A stretch of 32,000 nt of DNA from Sinorhizobium meliloti (GCF_017876815.1 NZ_JAGIOS010000001.1:720001-752000), one strand, 5' to 3'. Counted from the stretch's first letter, positions 15,801-25,583 are shown. Made by a program: numbers and translations. The notes: generated from the sequence alone by a model not told the origin.

Positions 15801-16494
15801 AGGCGTTCAGCCGGTCCTCGACGCCGGTCCAGCGGTTTTCCATGCGGCGCATGCTGTCTTCGCGAGCGAGGCCTTCGAGCATTGACCTCAGGTCATCGAA
15901 TTCGATCCTGAGCGCATCGGCCTCGGCGGGCGAAGCCTGCCGGCCAAGTTCCTTGATGCCGGCTGAAAGCCGCTCGATATCGTGCCGCACGTCCTCGGCG
16001 AAACGGCGATCCTGGGCGGCTTCGGCCTTTATGCCCCGGATTTCCGACCTCAGCGCGTGCATCTCGCGGGACAGGCCGTCATCGAGATCGCGCTTCAGCT
16101 CATGCCTCAGACCGACCAGCGCCTCGGCGATATCCGCTGCAGCCGAAGAGCGTCCCGATGGCGCGGCTGCTGCCTGAGGAGGCTGGTAGCGTGCCTCTGC
16201 CGCGAGGCGGGTCGGAGCGAGGCGATCGGATTCGCTCGGCGCAGCGCGTTCGCGCAGCGGCGACCGCTCGCGCGCCGCATTGAGCGCCCGCTGGCGGTCG
16301 ATGATCTCGGAGACCGCTTCGCTTGGGGCCGGACGCGGCCGCTCCGGCTGCCGCGTCTCGCGGCTGACGCTGCTCATGAGCCCCTCGATGCGCGCTTCGA
16401 GCCCTTCGATGGTGCGGTTCAGGGCATCGAGCGACGGCCGGTCGCCATAGGACGGGCTGCCCATGCGCTGAGAAGTGGATCGCGATCCGTTCAT
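12832..16494 (-). CDS. podJ: PodJ-like polar organelle development / polarity scaffold protein: coiled coil, TM, Sel1 repeats, peptidoglycan-binding domain
   Basis: About 1220 aa from the ATG at 16494 (MNGSRSTSQRMGSPSYGDRPSLDALNRTIEGLEARIEGL). The N-terminal half is long coiled coil with reiterated RLxxLxxxI motifs. A single TM helix (ILIAVGAVLLAIMSYPLVSTVL) is followed by an Ala/Pro-rich linker. Sel1-like repeats follow (AVKWYQRAADAG..., KWFEKAANLG..., YKWFAIAARDGD). The C-terminus is a PG_binding_1 domain (IQAILNNNGFDAGKPDGQVGQKTTAAIKAFQKSVG). The 5' 110 codons of the track ORF were rejected. Confidence 0.7.
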   Translation of the reverse strand: MNGSRSTSQRMGSPSYGDRPSLDALNRTIEGLEARIEGLMSSVSRETRQPERPRPAPSEAVSEIIDRQRALNAARERSPLRERAAPSESDRLAPTRLAAEARYQPPQAAAAPSGRSSAAADIAEALVGLRHELKRDLDDGLSREMHALRSEIRGIKAEAAQDRRFAEDVRHDIERLSAGIKELGRQASPAEADALRIEFDDLRSMLEGLAREDSMRRMENRWTGVEDRLNAFDQNRDDELVALAYRLDEIKAQINSLDRGAGVEVLESKLVAVAQAIEMLGRQIQPDERRLAPQFADLDKRLDEISRAIAAGSRNVAGTDGSFVDRLENRLGDLSRQIDTLSNPVDSGLGARIEALAARVEDLAGEKAAARLEERLDQLSAVLEHNRPGAEPDLTDRLADISRKIEALSGDSITDALAERLDDLARRIDGLAGNVEPSADTRFDRLEDRLAGIAQRLEETHAAPFDDRQALRNLEAQIGNLSTLISQSHGETAGVPAEFESRMNTLEDYLATSDEYIIEAARQAAEAVMEAYSRNTAPQMAASTDMAAISALAEDLRTLEELSRSSDERTARTFEALHETLVHIAEKLERLEEREPPASHAPMPKAAPLEAAGTLTKAERDEDVERAAHALAAESETSIHAPVAAAAEANDAAEVAMVEDGEIKVEARAAKTGLLAGLTRRFAPKQNEGMPIQARQMVEPAPSIDPSEMLAPEDANQLLEPGSGVPDVKKILERVRAGQIARGAQEANEGEKADFIAAARRAAQLAVEESDTLNRVKESKAPSAVGGALARHRRPILIAVGAVLLAIMSYPLVSTVLKGKEAPSAPPVAAIERRAEVAEPKAAVDRVVQTAATAKIGEEPRAPAGAEKTDAPAIAAKQPPTQPAAAEAGKVDEAIGGAGDGQAALMRPAEAQAPGPISTLQPSSESSAAEPAKMSEIVLPEGFGPPALVTAAKGGDPLAFYEIGARFTEGRGVGEDRAEAVKWYQRAADAGVVPAEYRLANLYEKGAGVQRDAAKAKALYLKAAAAGNASAIHNLAVMLAGGRDGAPDLAEAAKWFEKAANLGVRDSQFNLAVLYARGDGLARNLEDSYKWFAIAARDGDKDAAEKRDEIAKALKPEELSSAKAKVDAWKAQPLDAEANTVEVPDAWVGPPTKTATVDMTRAVRNIQAILNNNGFDAGKPDGQVGQKTTAAIKAFQKSVGQEPTGEITDGLVRELLKRNS

Positions 16495-16685
16495 TGCCTC
16501 TTCGCCCCTGTGTCGCTTTGGCCCTATAAATTCGACCGTCACCGAAGCCGCCGAAGGAGCCCGGGCTTCCCCGGCTATCGCCCCAACTTCGGCGGCACCG
16601 CCGATGTGGGCAAAGCCGCAACAATGCAAAGACGGGACCGGTTGCAGCTTTGACCATCTCAAAGCGCACAATTCATTAAACGTGG

Positions 16686-16701
16686 TAAATAAGCCGTTAA
16701 C
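16686..16701. promoter_or_regulatory. CtrA-box-like motif in the podJ / acyl-CoA dehydrogenase divergent region
   Basis: TAAA-taagccg-TTAAC is one mismatch from the TTAA-N7-TTAAC consensus. It sits in the only AT-rich island of the 449-bp spacer, about 190-210 nt upstream of the podJ-like start. Confidence 0.25.
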
Positions 16702-16808
16702 CGATCCGATTTTTAACGATTTATTGTCGCCCGGTCCGCCGCCATCTCCTGCCCGATGGTCACTTGGGGCGGCGGGAGGCAGGAGCGAAACTTTCGCTTC
16801 GCGAGAAG

Positions 16809-16832
16809 TTTGACGTTTACGCAAACGTCAAA
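16809..16832. promoter_or_regulatory. Perfect palindrome, candidate operator of the beta-oxidation operon
   Basis: TTTGACGTTT-acgc-AAACGTCAAA has 10-bp perfect arms and lies 112 nt upstream of the acyl-CoA dehydrogenase ATG. A second palindrome, GCGAAA-c-TTTCGC, lies at 16785-16797. Confidence 0.5.
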
Positions 16833-16943
16833 GTTCGGTAGCATCCGTCCAAGTCGCACACCGCCACCGGTGCGCGCTCGACACAGTGGGAAGCGGGTCT
16901 GCCGTGCGGCGCGGCCCGAAAGGACATCAAGGCGAGGAAAAGC

Positions 16944-18740
16944 ATGCCCATCTACAAGGCTCCGGTCGACGACACCCTGTTCATCCTCAACGACGTGCTC
17001 GGCATCGAGCGCTACCACAATCTCCCCGGCTTCGCGGATGTGACGCCGGACATGACGGCCGCGATCCTCGGCGAGGCCGCAAAGCTCGCAGAAGAGGTCC
17101 TCTTCCCGATCAATCTTTCCGGCGACCAGGAGGGCTGCAAGCGTCACGAGGACGGCTCCGTCACCGTACCCAAGGGCTTCAAGGAAGCCTACGACCTTTA
17201 TCGCGAAGGCGGCTGGCTTGGCCTTGCCGCCCCGGAAGAATTCGGCGGCCAGGGCCTGCCCTACACGCTCCACACCGCCGTCGGCGAATTCATGTCCGCG
17301 GCCAACATGTCGCTTATGATGTATCCGGGCCTGACGCAGGGGGCGATCGCGGCGATCCTGGTGCATGGTTCCGAGGAACAGAAGCGGGCCTATCTGCCCA
17401 AAATGGTCGACGGCACCTGGACCGGCACGATGAACCTCACGGAGCCCCATTGCGGCACCGACCTGGGCCTGCTGCGCACCAAGGCCGTGCCGAACGGCGA
17501 CGGCTCCTACAGGATCTCCGGCCAGAAGATCTTCATCTCCGCCGGCGAGCACGACATGGCGGAGAATGTCGTCCACCTGGTGCTGGCGCGCATCGAGGGC
17601 GCGCCTGACGGTGTAAAGGGCATCTCGCTCTTCATCGTGCCGAAATTCAAGCTCGACGCGAGCGGCGAGCCGGGCGAACGCAACGGCGTTTCCTGCGGCG
17701 CGATCGAACACAAGATGGGCATCCACGGCAACGCGACCTGCGTCATGAATTATGACGAGGCGACCGGCTACCTGATCGGCACGGAGAACAAGGGCCTCAG
17801 CGCCATGTTCGTGATGATGAACGAGGCCAGGCTTGCCGTCGGCATGCAGGGGCTTTCGATCGCCGAAGTCGCCTATCAGAATGCTGCGAGCTACGCGCGC
17901 GAACGCATCCAGGGCCGCTCCCTCTCCGGCCCCAAGGCGCCGGACAAGAAGGCCGATCCGATCATCGTCCATCCGGACATCCGCCGCACGCTGATGACGA
18001 TCAGGGCCTTCAACGAAGGCGGCCGCGCCTTCACGCTCTGGACGGCGCTGAAGTCGGACATCGCCCATCGTTCAGACAGCGAAGAGGAGCGCCAGACGGC
18101 GGACGACATCCTCAGTCTGATGACGCCGATCCTCAAGGGCGTGCTGACGGACAAGGGCTTCGATCATGCGGTTATGGCCCAGCAGGTCTTCGGCGGCCAC
18201 GGCTATATCGAAGAGCACGGCATGAGCCAGTATGTGCGCGACGCCCGCATCGCCATGATCTACGAGGGTGCCAACGGCATCCAGGCGCTCGACCTGGTTG
18301 GCCGCAAGCTCGCGATGAACGGCGGCCGCGCCGTCATGGCGCTGTTCAAGGAGATCGGCGACTTCTGCGAGGAGAACCGCGGCGACGAAAAGCTCTCGGG
18401 CTACACCAAGGCCTTGAAGAAAGGGCTGAACGACCTGCAGGCCGCGACGATGTGGTTCATGCAGAACGCCATGGCCAAGCCCGACAATGCCGGAGCCGGC
18501 TCTACCGACTATATGCATCTCTTCGGCCTCGTCGTCCTCGGCTATATGTGGGCGCGGATGGCGAAGACGGCGGAGGAGAAGCTTGCCGCTGGCGAAACGC
18601 AACGCGCGGACTATCTCAAGAACAAGCTGATCACGGCGAGGTTCTTCATGGAGCGCATCCTGCCTGAAACGGAGTTGCGCAAGATCCGTATCGAAACCGG
18701 CGCCGACACGATGATGGCGCTGGACGCGGCCGCGTTCTGA
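16944..18740 (+). CDS. Long-type acyl-CoA dehydrogenase with the acyl-CoA dehydrogenase C-terminal domain
   Basis: 598 aa. [17 protein letters not shown]...[17 protein letters not shown]...[12 protein letters not shown]...GISLFIVPK...[11 protein letters not shown]...[35 protein letters not shown] are hallmark ACAD motifs. A GAGGA Shine-Dalgarno is present. Confidence 0.95.
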   Translation: MPIYKAPVDDTLFILNDVLGIERYHNLPGFADVTPDMTAAILGEAAKLAEEVLFPINLSGDQEGCKRHEDGSVTVPKGFKEAYDLYREGGWLGLAAPEEFGGQGLPYTLHTAVGEFMSAANMSLMMYPGLTQGAIAAILVHGSEEQKRAYLPKMVDGTWTGTMNLTEPHCGTDLGLLRTKAVPNGDGSYRISGQKIFISAGEHDMAENVVHLVLARIEGAPDGVKGISLFIVPKFKLDASGEPGERNGVSCGAIEHKMGIHGNATCVMNYDEATGYLIGTENKGLSAMFVMMNEARLAVGMQGLSIAEVAYQNAASYARERIQGRSLSGPKAPDKKADPIIVHPDIRRTLMTIRAFNEGGRAFTLWTALKSDIAHRSDSEEERQTADDILSLMTPILKGVLTDKGFDHAVMAQQVFGGHGYIEEHGMSQYVRDARIAMIYEGANGIQALDLVGRKLAMNGGRAVMALFKEIGDFCEENRGDEKLSGYTKALKKGLNDLQAATMWFMQNAMAKPDNAGAGSTDYMHLFGLVVLGYMWARMAKTAEEKLAAGETQRADYLKNKLITARFFMERILPETELRKIRIETGADTMMALDAAAF

Positions 18741-18845
18741 TTTCAGACTGGAGCCGGATCGAAAGCGAGAGCGGCTTCCGCCCGAATCCCGCTCCGATTG
18801 ATAATGCGCGGCCCGAGGAAACGCCGCCGAAAGGGAGATCAAGAG

Positions 18846-20054
<1,209 letters not shown>

Positions 20055-20075
20055 TCCGATCCCGGGAGAGAGAAT

Positions 20076-22289
20076 ATGTCTTACACGAACTTCAAGATCG
20101 AAACCGACGCCGACGGCATTGCGCTGGTCACCTGGGACATGCCCGACAAGTCGATGAACGTCTTCACCGAAGAGGTGATGAAGGAACTCGACGCCATTAT
20201 CGATCAGACGACCGCAGATCCTGCCGTCAAGGGCGTGGTCATCACCTCCGGCAAATCCTCCTTCTCCGGGGGTGCCGACCTTTCGATGATCAAGTCGATG
20301 TTCACCTTCCAGGCCGAGGAAAGGAAGAAGGACCCGGACAACGCGGCCCGGAAACTCTTCGACCTCGTGGGCCGGATGACGGGTCTCTTCCGCAAGCTCG
20401 AAACCTCGGGCAAGCCCTGGGTGTCGGCCATCAACGGCACCTGCATGGGCGGCGCCTTCGAGATGTCGCTCGCCTGCCACGGCCGTGTCGCCTCCAATGC
20501 GAAATCGGTGAAGATCGCGCTTCCCGAGGTCAAGGTCGGCATTTTCCCGGGCGCCGGCGGCACCCAGCGCGTTCCGCGGCTGACCAATACGCAGGACGCG
20601 CTGCAGATGATGACGACCGGCTCCTCGCTCACGCCGGCGCGGGCAAAGGCCATGGGGCTCGTCCACGAGGTGGTCGATCCGGACAAGCTGATCGAGGCTG
20701 CCAAGGCGATGATCAAGAACGGCCTGAAGCCGGTTCAGCCCTGGGACGAGAAGGGCTTCAAGCTGCCGGGCGGCGGCATCTGGACGCCCGCCTCCGCGCA
20801 GCTCTGGCCGGCCGCCTCCGGCATCCTGCGCCGCGAGACCTACGGCAATTACCCCGGCGCGATCGCGATCCTGAAATGCGTCTATGAGGGGCTGCAGGTT
20901 CCCTTCGATACGGCTTTGAAGATCGAGCAGCGCTATTTCACCGAAATCCTGCAGACGACCGAAGCCTTCTCGATGATCCGGTCGCTGTTCGTCTCGATGC
21001 AGGAACTCGGTAAGGGCGCGCGCCGGCCGGCCGGTGTACCGAAGACCGAGCTCAAGAAAGTCGGCGTCGTCGGCGCCGGTTTCATGGGCGCCTCGATCGC
21101 CTATGTAACCGCGGCGGGCGGCATCCCCGTCACCCTCATCGACCGCGACATGGAAGCTGCCGAAAAGGGCAAGACGCATTCGGAAGGCCTGGTCAAGGAC
21201 GCGATCGGTAAGGGACGCTTGACCAAGGAGGAAGGCGAAGCGCTGCTTTCGCGCATCACACCTTCGGCGGACTATGGCGATCTCAGGGATGCCGGCCTCG
21301 TCATCGAGGCGGTCTTCGAGGACCGGCAGGTCAAGAAGGACGTGATCGAGAAGGTCGAAGCGGTGATCGCCGAGGACGCGATCTTCGCCTCCAACACCTC
21401 GACGCTGCCGATCACCGGCCTCGCCAGGAATTCCAAACGCCCGGACCGGTTCATCGGCATTCATTTCTTCTCGCCGGTCGAGAAAATGATGCTGACCGAG
21501 GTGATCCTCGGCAAGGAGACCGGAGACCGTGCGCTCGCGGCCGCGCTCGACTATGTCGCGGCGATCAGGAAGACGCCGATCGTCGTCAACGACACGCGCG
21601 GCTTCTACGTCAATCGCTGCGTCTTCCGCTATATCCACGAAGCCTATGACATGCTGATCGAGGGCGTACCGCCGGCGATGATCGAGAACGCCGCCAAGAT
21701 GGCCGGCATGCCGGTCGGACCGCTGTCGCTCAACGACGAGGTGGCGATCGACCTCAGCCAGAAGATCCTGAAGGCGGCCGTTGCCGATCTCGGCGACAAG
21801 GCCGTCGATCCCAGGCACATGGCGCTGATCGACAAGATGGTCGACGAGCTCGACCGGCGCGGCCGCAAGAACGGCAAGGGTTTCTACGAGTATCCGGCAA
21901 AGCCGGCCAGGAAATATCTCTGGCCGGGCCTGAAGGAGCTCTACCCGCAGAAGGATGCCGGCGAGATCGAGGTCGGTGTGCTCAAGCAGCGCCTGCTCGT
22001 GACGATCGCACTCGAAGCCGCGCGTACGATCGAGGAGGGCATCGTCACCGACCCGCGCGAAGCCGATGTCGGCTCGATCCTCGGCTTCGGCTTTGCGCCC
22101 TACACCGGCGGCACGCTCTCCTACATCGACGGCATGGGTGCGAAAGCCTTCGTCGAGCTTTGCGAAAAGCTCGCCGCGGACCATGGCGACCACTTCCGGC
22201 CGACGCCGCTTTTGAAGGAGATGGCGGAAAAGGGCGAAACCTTCTACGGGCGCTTCGACCCGTATGGCGCGGGGCAGAAGGCGGCATAA
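20076..22289 (+). CDS. fadB: Multifunctional fatty acid oxidation protein: enoyl-CoA hydratase plus 3-hydroxyacyl-CoA dehydrogenase (FadB/FadJ type)
   Basis: 737 aa. The N-terminal crotonase fold reads [16 protein letters not shown]...[17 protein letters not shown]. It is followed by the NAD-binding [14 protein letters not shown] and 3HCDH motifs (ASNTSTL...GIHFFSPV). Confidence 0.95.
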   Translation: MSYTNFKIETDADGIALVTWDMPDKSMNVFTEEVMKELDAIIDQTTADPAVKGVVITSGKSSFSGGADLSMIKSMFTFQAEERKKDPDNAARKLFDLVGRMTGLFRKLETSGKPWVSAINGTCMGGAFEMSLACHGRVASNAKSVKIALPEVKVGIFPGAGGTQRVPRLTNTQDALQMMTTGSSLTPARAKAMGLVHEVVDPDKLIEAAKAMIKNGLKPVQPWDEKGFKLPGGGIWTPASAQLWPAASGILRRETYGNYPGAIAILKCVYEGLQVPFDTALKIEQRYFTEILQTTEAFSMIRSLFVSMQELGKGARRPAGVPKTELKKVGVVGAGFMGASIAYVTAAGGIPVTLIDRDMEAAEKGKTHSEGLVKDAIGKGRLTKEEGEALLSRITPSADYGDLRDAGLVIEAVFEDRQVKKDVIEKVEAVIAEDAIFASNTSTLPITGLARNSKRPDRFIGIHFFSPVEKMMLTEVILGKETGDRALAAALDYVAAIRKTPIVVNDTRGFYVNRCVFRYIHEAYDMLIEGVPPAMIENAAKMAGMPVGPLSLNDEVAIDLSQKILKAAVADLGDKAVDPRHMALIDKMVDELDRRGRKNGKGFYEYPAKPARKYLWPGLKELYPQKDAGEIEVGVLKQRLLVTIALEAARTIEEGIVTDPREADVGSILGFGFAPYTGGTLSYIDGMGAKAFVELCEKLAADHGDHFRPTPLLKEMAEKGETFYGRFDPYGAGQKAA

Positions 22290-22321
22290 GCCGCCAGGCC
22301 AGCCGCACGCCGCAAACATTG

Positions 22322-22364
22322 CCTCTTCCGGTCATTCTCGGCAGCCGCGAATGACCGGAAGAGG
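22322..22364. terminator. Strong stem-loop between convergent genes, candidate bidirectional terminator
   Basis: CCTCTTCCGGTCATTC-n11-GAATGACCGGAAGAGG has 16-bp perfect arms. It starts 33 nt after the fadB-type stop and ends 16 nt before the SRPBCC stop. There is no clear U-tract on either side. Confidence 0.5.
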
Positions 22365-22379
22365 AACCTGTTCAAGGTT

Positions 22380-22853
22380 TCAGGCCGGTTCAGCCTTCTC
22401 ACCGAGCTCGGCCGCCAGAAATCCGATCAGTTGCTCCCATCCCTCGCGGCGATATTCCACCTTGTCGAGCCCATCCAGGAATGCCCCCTGCTCCGTGAAG
22501 ACGACGCGTGTGCCGGTGCCCTCCGGTATGAGGTCGACGGTCGCGATCGACGCGGAAAGCCGCTGCTCGTCCTTCGCCATGGTATAGGCCGACACGATCC
22601 GTTTGTTCTCGACGATGTCGAGATAGACCGTTTCGTTGAAATAGAAAGTCTTCCCGTCCTGGCTGAACCGGCCGCTTTCCCGGCCGCCGATGCGGAAGTC
22701 GTGGCTATATTCGGCGACGGGCCAGTTGTCGGCCTTGACGAACCAGCGGTCATGCGCGGCAGGGTCGGCAAAGGCCTCGAAGACCTGTTCCGGGGGTGAA
22801 CTGAAAACGCGTTCAATGGTGAAGTCCGCATGTTCGACAGAAGCTTTGGTCAT
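22380..22853 (-). CDS. SRPBCC family protein (AHSA1/START-like)
   Basis: MTKASVEHADFTIERVFSSPPEQVFEAFADPAAHDRWF...GGRESGRF...VFTEQGAFLDG...REGWEQLIGFLAAEL is the typical Aha1-like SRPBCC signature. A strong AAGGAGGAG Shine-Dalgarno precedes the ATG at 22853. Confidence 0.85.
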   Translation of the reverse strand: MTKASVEHADFTIERVFSSPPEQVFEAFADPAAHDRWFVKADNWPVAEYSHDFRIGGRESGRFSQDGKTFYFNETVYLDIVENKRIVSAYTMAKDEQRLSASIATVDLIPEGTGTRVVFTEQGAFLDGLDKVEYRREGWEQLIGFLAAELGEKAEPA

Positions 22854-22873
22854 GATCTTCTCCTCCTTGTCAG

Positions 22874-22904
22874 TGCAACTGGTTGCTAAATGAAAGCAGT
22901 TGCA
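22874..22904. promoter_or_regulatory. Inverted repeat in the HxlR/SRPBCC divergent spacer, candidate HxlR operator
   Basis: TGCAACTG-n15-CAGTTGCA has 8-bp perfect arms in an AT-rich spacer. A further hairpin, GAGCGGA-tgc-TCCGCTC, lies at 22942-22958. Confidence 0.3.
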
Positions 22905-22977
22905 GATTAGCTCCACCGATGCAATAATGCAAGCAGTTTTAGAGCGGATGCTCCGCTCCCGTATTTCAGAGACCAGA

Positions 22978-23505
22978 ATGACCGATGACCATCGCTCGGG
23001 TTGCCCGATCAATCTCTCGCTCGAAGTGTTCGGCGACAAATGGAGCCTCCTGATCATTCGCGACATGATTTTCGGCGGCAAACGCCACTTCCGCGAGCTC
23101 TTGCGCTCGCAGGAAGGGATTTCCACCAACATCCTTGCAGACCGGCTGAAAACGCTTGTCGAGATCGGCATGCTGACGAAAGCGGACGATCCGAGCCACA
23201 AGCAGAAGGCGATCTATAGCCTGACGGAAATGGCGATCGCGCTGGTGCCGATCATGGCCCATCTCGGCGCCTGGGGCCGGCGCTACCTGCCGGTCACCGA
23301 GGAACTCAGCATTCGCGCGCAACTGATGGAGGAGGGCGGCCCCGAGCTCTGGGAGCGTTTCATGCGCGAATTGCGCGCCGAACACCTCGGCGATCCCATG
23401 CCGGAAGGCCCGTCCGTGCGGCAAACGCTGCAAGCCGCCTATGACCGCGTGGTGGCGCGCAAGGCGATGGAAGAGCAGCCGGCCCGAGCATTAGAGCGGG
23501 AATGA
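22978..23505 (+). CDS. HxlR family transcriptional regulator
   Basis: CPINLSLEVFGDKWSLLIIRDMIFGGKRHFRELL...GISTNILADRLKTLVEIGMLTK...YSLTE is the canonical HxlR wHTH. The ATG at 22978 was chosen. In-frame ATGs at 22948 and 22900 remain possible. Confidence 0.9.
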   Translation: MTDDHRSGCPINLSLEVFGDKWSLLIIRDMIFGGKRHFRELLRSQEGISTNILADRLKTLVEIGMLTKADDPSHKQKAIYSLTEMAIALVPIMAHLGAWGRRYLPVTEELSIRAQLMEEGGPELWERFMRELRAEHLGDPMPEGPSVRQTLQAAYDRVVARKAMEEQPARALERE

Positions 23506-23609
23506 GGAAAAGTGTGCGCGGTTTTCCGCCCGCATCCCGCGTCTCAACGTCTTGGAATCGATCACGGTCATGTTTTTAGGTCGACCAGACCTAAAAACAT
23601 CGTGATCTA
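23491..23609. repeat. Mosaic intergenic repeat (same family as 10311-10432 and 31961-32000) carrying a long hairpin
   Basis: It spans the whole HxlR-stop to antiporter-stop gap and overlaps both stop codons. The core TGAGGAAAAGTGTGCGCGGTTTTCCGCCCGCATCCCGC matches the reverse complement of 10381-10420. The hairpin is GATCACG-gtc-ATGTTTTTAGGTC-gacca-GACCTAAAAACAT-CGTGATC (23560-23607). Confidence 0.7.
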
Positions 23610-24692
23610 AAGCCCGAGGGCGGACAGCATGATGAAGGTCGCGAAGAGCACGAAATGCGTCATGCCTTCGATGGCATTGGTCTGGCCGTCATTGAGGTTG
23701 ATCGCGGCGGCGATGAGCGTCACCGCAACCATCACCGTCTGCACGGGCGACATGGCCATGATGAAGGGCTGGCCCGTATAAAGGGCAATCGCCTCCATGA
23801 CGGGTACGGTCAGGATCACGGTCGAAAGCGAAGCGCCGAGCGCGATGTTCACCACTGCCTGCATGCGGTTGGCGAGCGCGGCGCGCATTGCCGTCATGAC
23901 CTCGGGCGAAGCGGAGATCGCCGCGACGACGATCGCGGCCAGGGCCGGCGGCGCCGCCGTACCCTTGATCCCGGCCGACAGCAGCCCGGACATGATTTCG
24001 GCTAGAAAGCCGATCACCACCACGCCCAGGATGAGCACGACGACGGAAGGAAGCACCGGCTCGCCTTCCAGCCGGCTTGCCGCGGTTCCCGCTTTGGCGC
24101 GCGGATAGCTGTAACTGAAGAAGTAGCTGTGCACGCCAACCTGCATGCGCAGGAACAACGTATAGAGCACGATCATCGCGCCGATGGTGAAGGCGGAATA
24201 ATAATGCCATTTCGACTGCGGCACGAATTCGGGAACGAGCATGGAAATGCCCATGGCCGTGAGGATCATGACGCTGTAAGTGCGGGCGGAATCGTCGTTA
24301 TAGGGCTGCTCGCCATGTTTGAGGCCGCCGAGCAGCGCCGCAAGTCCCAGAATCCCGTTGATATCAAGCATCACTGCCGAATAGATCGTATCGCGCACCA
24401 GCGTCGGCGAAGTCTCGCCGGTCATCATGATGGCGAGGATGACGACCTCGACCAGCACCGCCGAAAGCGTCAGAATCATCGTGCCGTAGGGATCGCCCAC
24501 CTTTGCGGCAAGCACCTCGGCATGATGGGCGACCCGCATGGAAGCAAGCACGATCGCCGCCACCATCAGGGCGGCACCGATGAGCGATGCGGCGCGACCG
24601 GCCTCGAGCAGATGATGCTCGACCGCGACGCCGGCAAGAGCAGCGAGAAAAGCGGCAACGAGATGCCGTTCCGATCTCAGTTTTGCAAGCAA
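23607..24692 (-). CDS. Calcium:proton antiporter (CaCA family, ChaA-like)
   Basis: 361 aa with about 11 TM helices. VAHHAEVLAAKVGDPYGTMILTLSAVLVEVVILAIMM and the second alpha-repeat (VVNIALGASLSTVILTVP) are typical of ChaA-type exchangers. Confidence 0.85.
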   Translation of the reverse strand: MLAKLRSERHLVAAFLAALAGVAVEHHLLEAGRAASLIGAALMVAAIVLASMRVAHHAEVLAAKVGDPYGTMILTLSAVLVEVVILAIMMTGETSPTLVRDTIYSAVMLDINGILGLAALLGGLKHGEQPYNDDSARTYSVMILTAMGISMLVPEFVPQSKWHYYSAFTIGAMIVLYTLFLRMQVGVHSYFFSYSYPRAKAGTAASRLEGEPVLPSVVVLILGVVVIGFLAEIMSGLLSAGIKGTAAPPALAAIVVAAISASPEVMTAMRAALANRMQAVVNIALGASLSTVILTVPVMEAIALYTGQPFIMAMSPVQTVMVAVTLIAAAINLNDGQTNAIEGMTHFVLFATFIMLSALGL

Positions 24693-24917
24693 GCACGCCT
24701 CTTGGCCCGGAGTGAAGCTGTTTTATTTAGCACAGCTGCGCAGGAGTTCACCCCTGAAGACCGCTGCGTCTGCCGTATGCCGTACTTTGACCGGATAGGA
24801 AGGACTATTTTCCTCGCTGTGCTTTACGGTCGCAAGGCGCTTGGCTAATGTATTCGCAGACGCGGAGCGGCTGGCTGTGCAGCCCGCATTCGCTTCTCCT
24901 TCCGAAGATGGGTCGAC

Positions 24918-25574
24918 ATGCTCTCACATGACAGCATCTGGCGCGCGATCGACGCATTGGCAGAGCGCCACCGGCTTTCGCCGTCGGGCCTTGCGCGGCG
25001 GGCCGGCCTGGACCCCACCTCCTTCAACAAGTCGAAGCGCCAGTCCACCGACGGGCGCGACCGGTGGCCCTCCACTGAGTCGATCGCGAAGATATTGCAT
25101 GCGACGGGAGCGAGCGTCGATCAGTTCCTGGCGCTGATGGAGCCCAATGCCGCCGGCAGCGAAAGGGAAGATGCATCGGCAGCGCCGGGCATTCCGCTGA
25201 TCGGTTTCGCGCAGGCCGGCGCCGGTGGTTTTTTCGACGACGGCGGCTTTCCGGTCGGCCAGGGCTGGGACACGATCGAATTCCCCACGCCCGAGCGGCG
25301 GCAGGGCGGTACCTACGCTCTGGAGGTTCAGGGCGACAGCATGCTGCCGCTTTATCGCGACGGCGATGTCCTGATCGTCGACCCGAGCGCGCAGGTGCGC
25401 CGCAACGACCGCGTCGTGGTCAAGACGCGCGGGGGCGAGGTGATGGCGAAGGTGCTGGCCCGGCAGACGCCCCGCGGCATCGAGCTCGTTTCGCTCAACC
25501 CCGACCATCCCAACCGCAATTTCGAGATGAACGACGTGGAATGGATCGCCCGCATCATCTGGGCCAGCCAATAG
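24918..25574 (+). CDS. HTH (Cro/CI-type) plus S24 peptidase LexA-like repressor
   Basis: The N-terminal HTH reads LSPSGLARRAGLDPTSFNKSK. An Ala-Gly-rich linker (FAQAGAGGF) could serve as a cleavage site. The S24 domain carries the Ser (GDSMLPLY) and Lys (EVMAKVL) of the catalytic dyad. Confidence 0.85.
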   Translation: MLSHDSIWRAIDALAERHRLSPSGLARRAGLDPTSFNKSKRQSTDGRDRWPSTESIAKILHATGASVDQFLALMEPNAAGSEREDASAAPGIPLIGFAQAGAGGFFDDGGFPVGQGWDTIEFPTPERRQGGTYALEVQGDSMLPLYRDGDVLIVDPSAQVRRNDRVVVKTRGGEVMAKVLARQTPRGIELVSLNPDHPNRNFEMNDVEWIARIIWASQ

Positions 25575-25583
25575 GATCCTTCG

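Noticed and set aside
24693-24917. Alphaproteobacterial SOS box (GTTC-N7-GTTC) upstream of the S24 repressor, and likewise upstream of lhr at 6682-6797
   Set aside because: A single GTTC is present at 24745-24748 but there is no second half-site at the correct spacing. No such direct repeat is visible in the lhr upstream region either.
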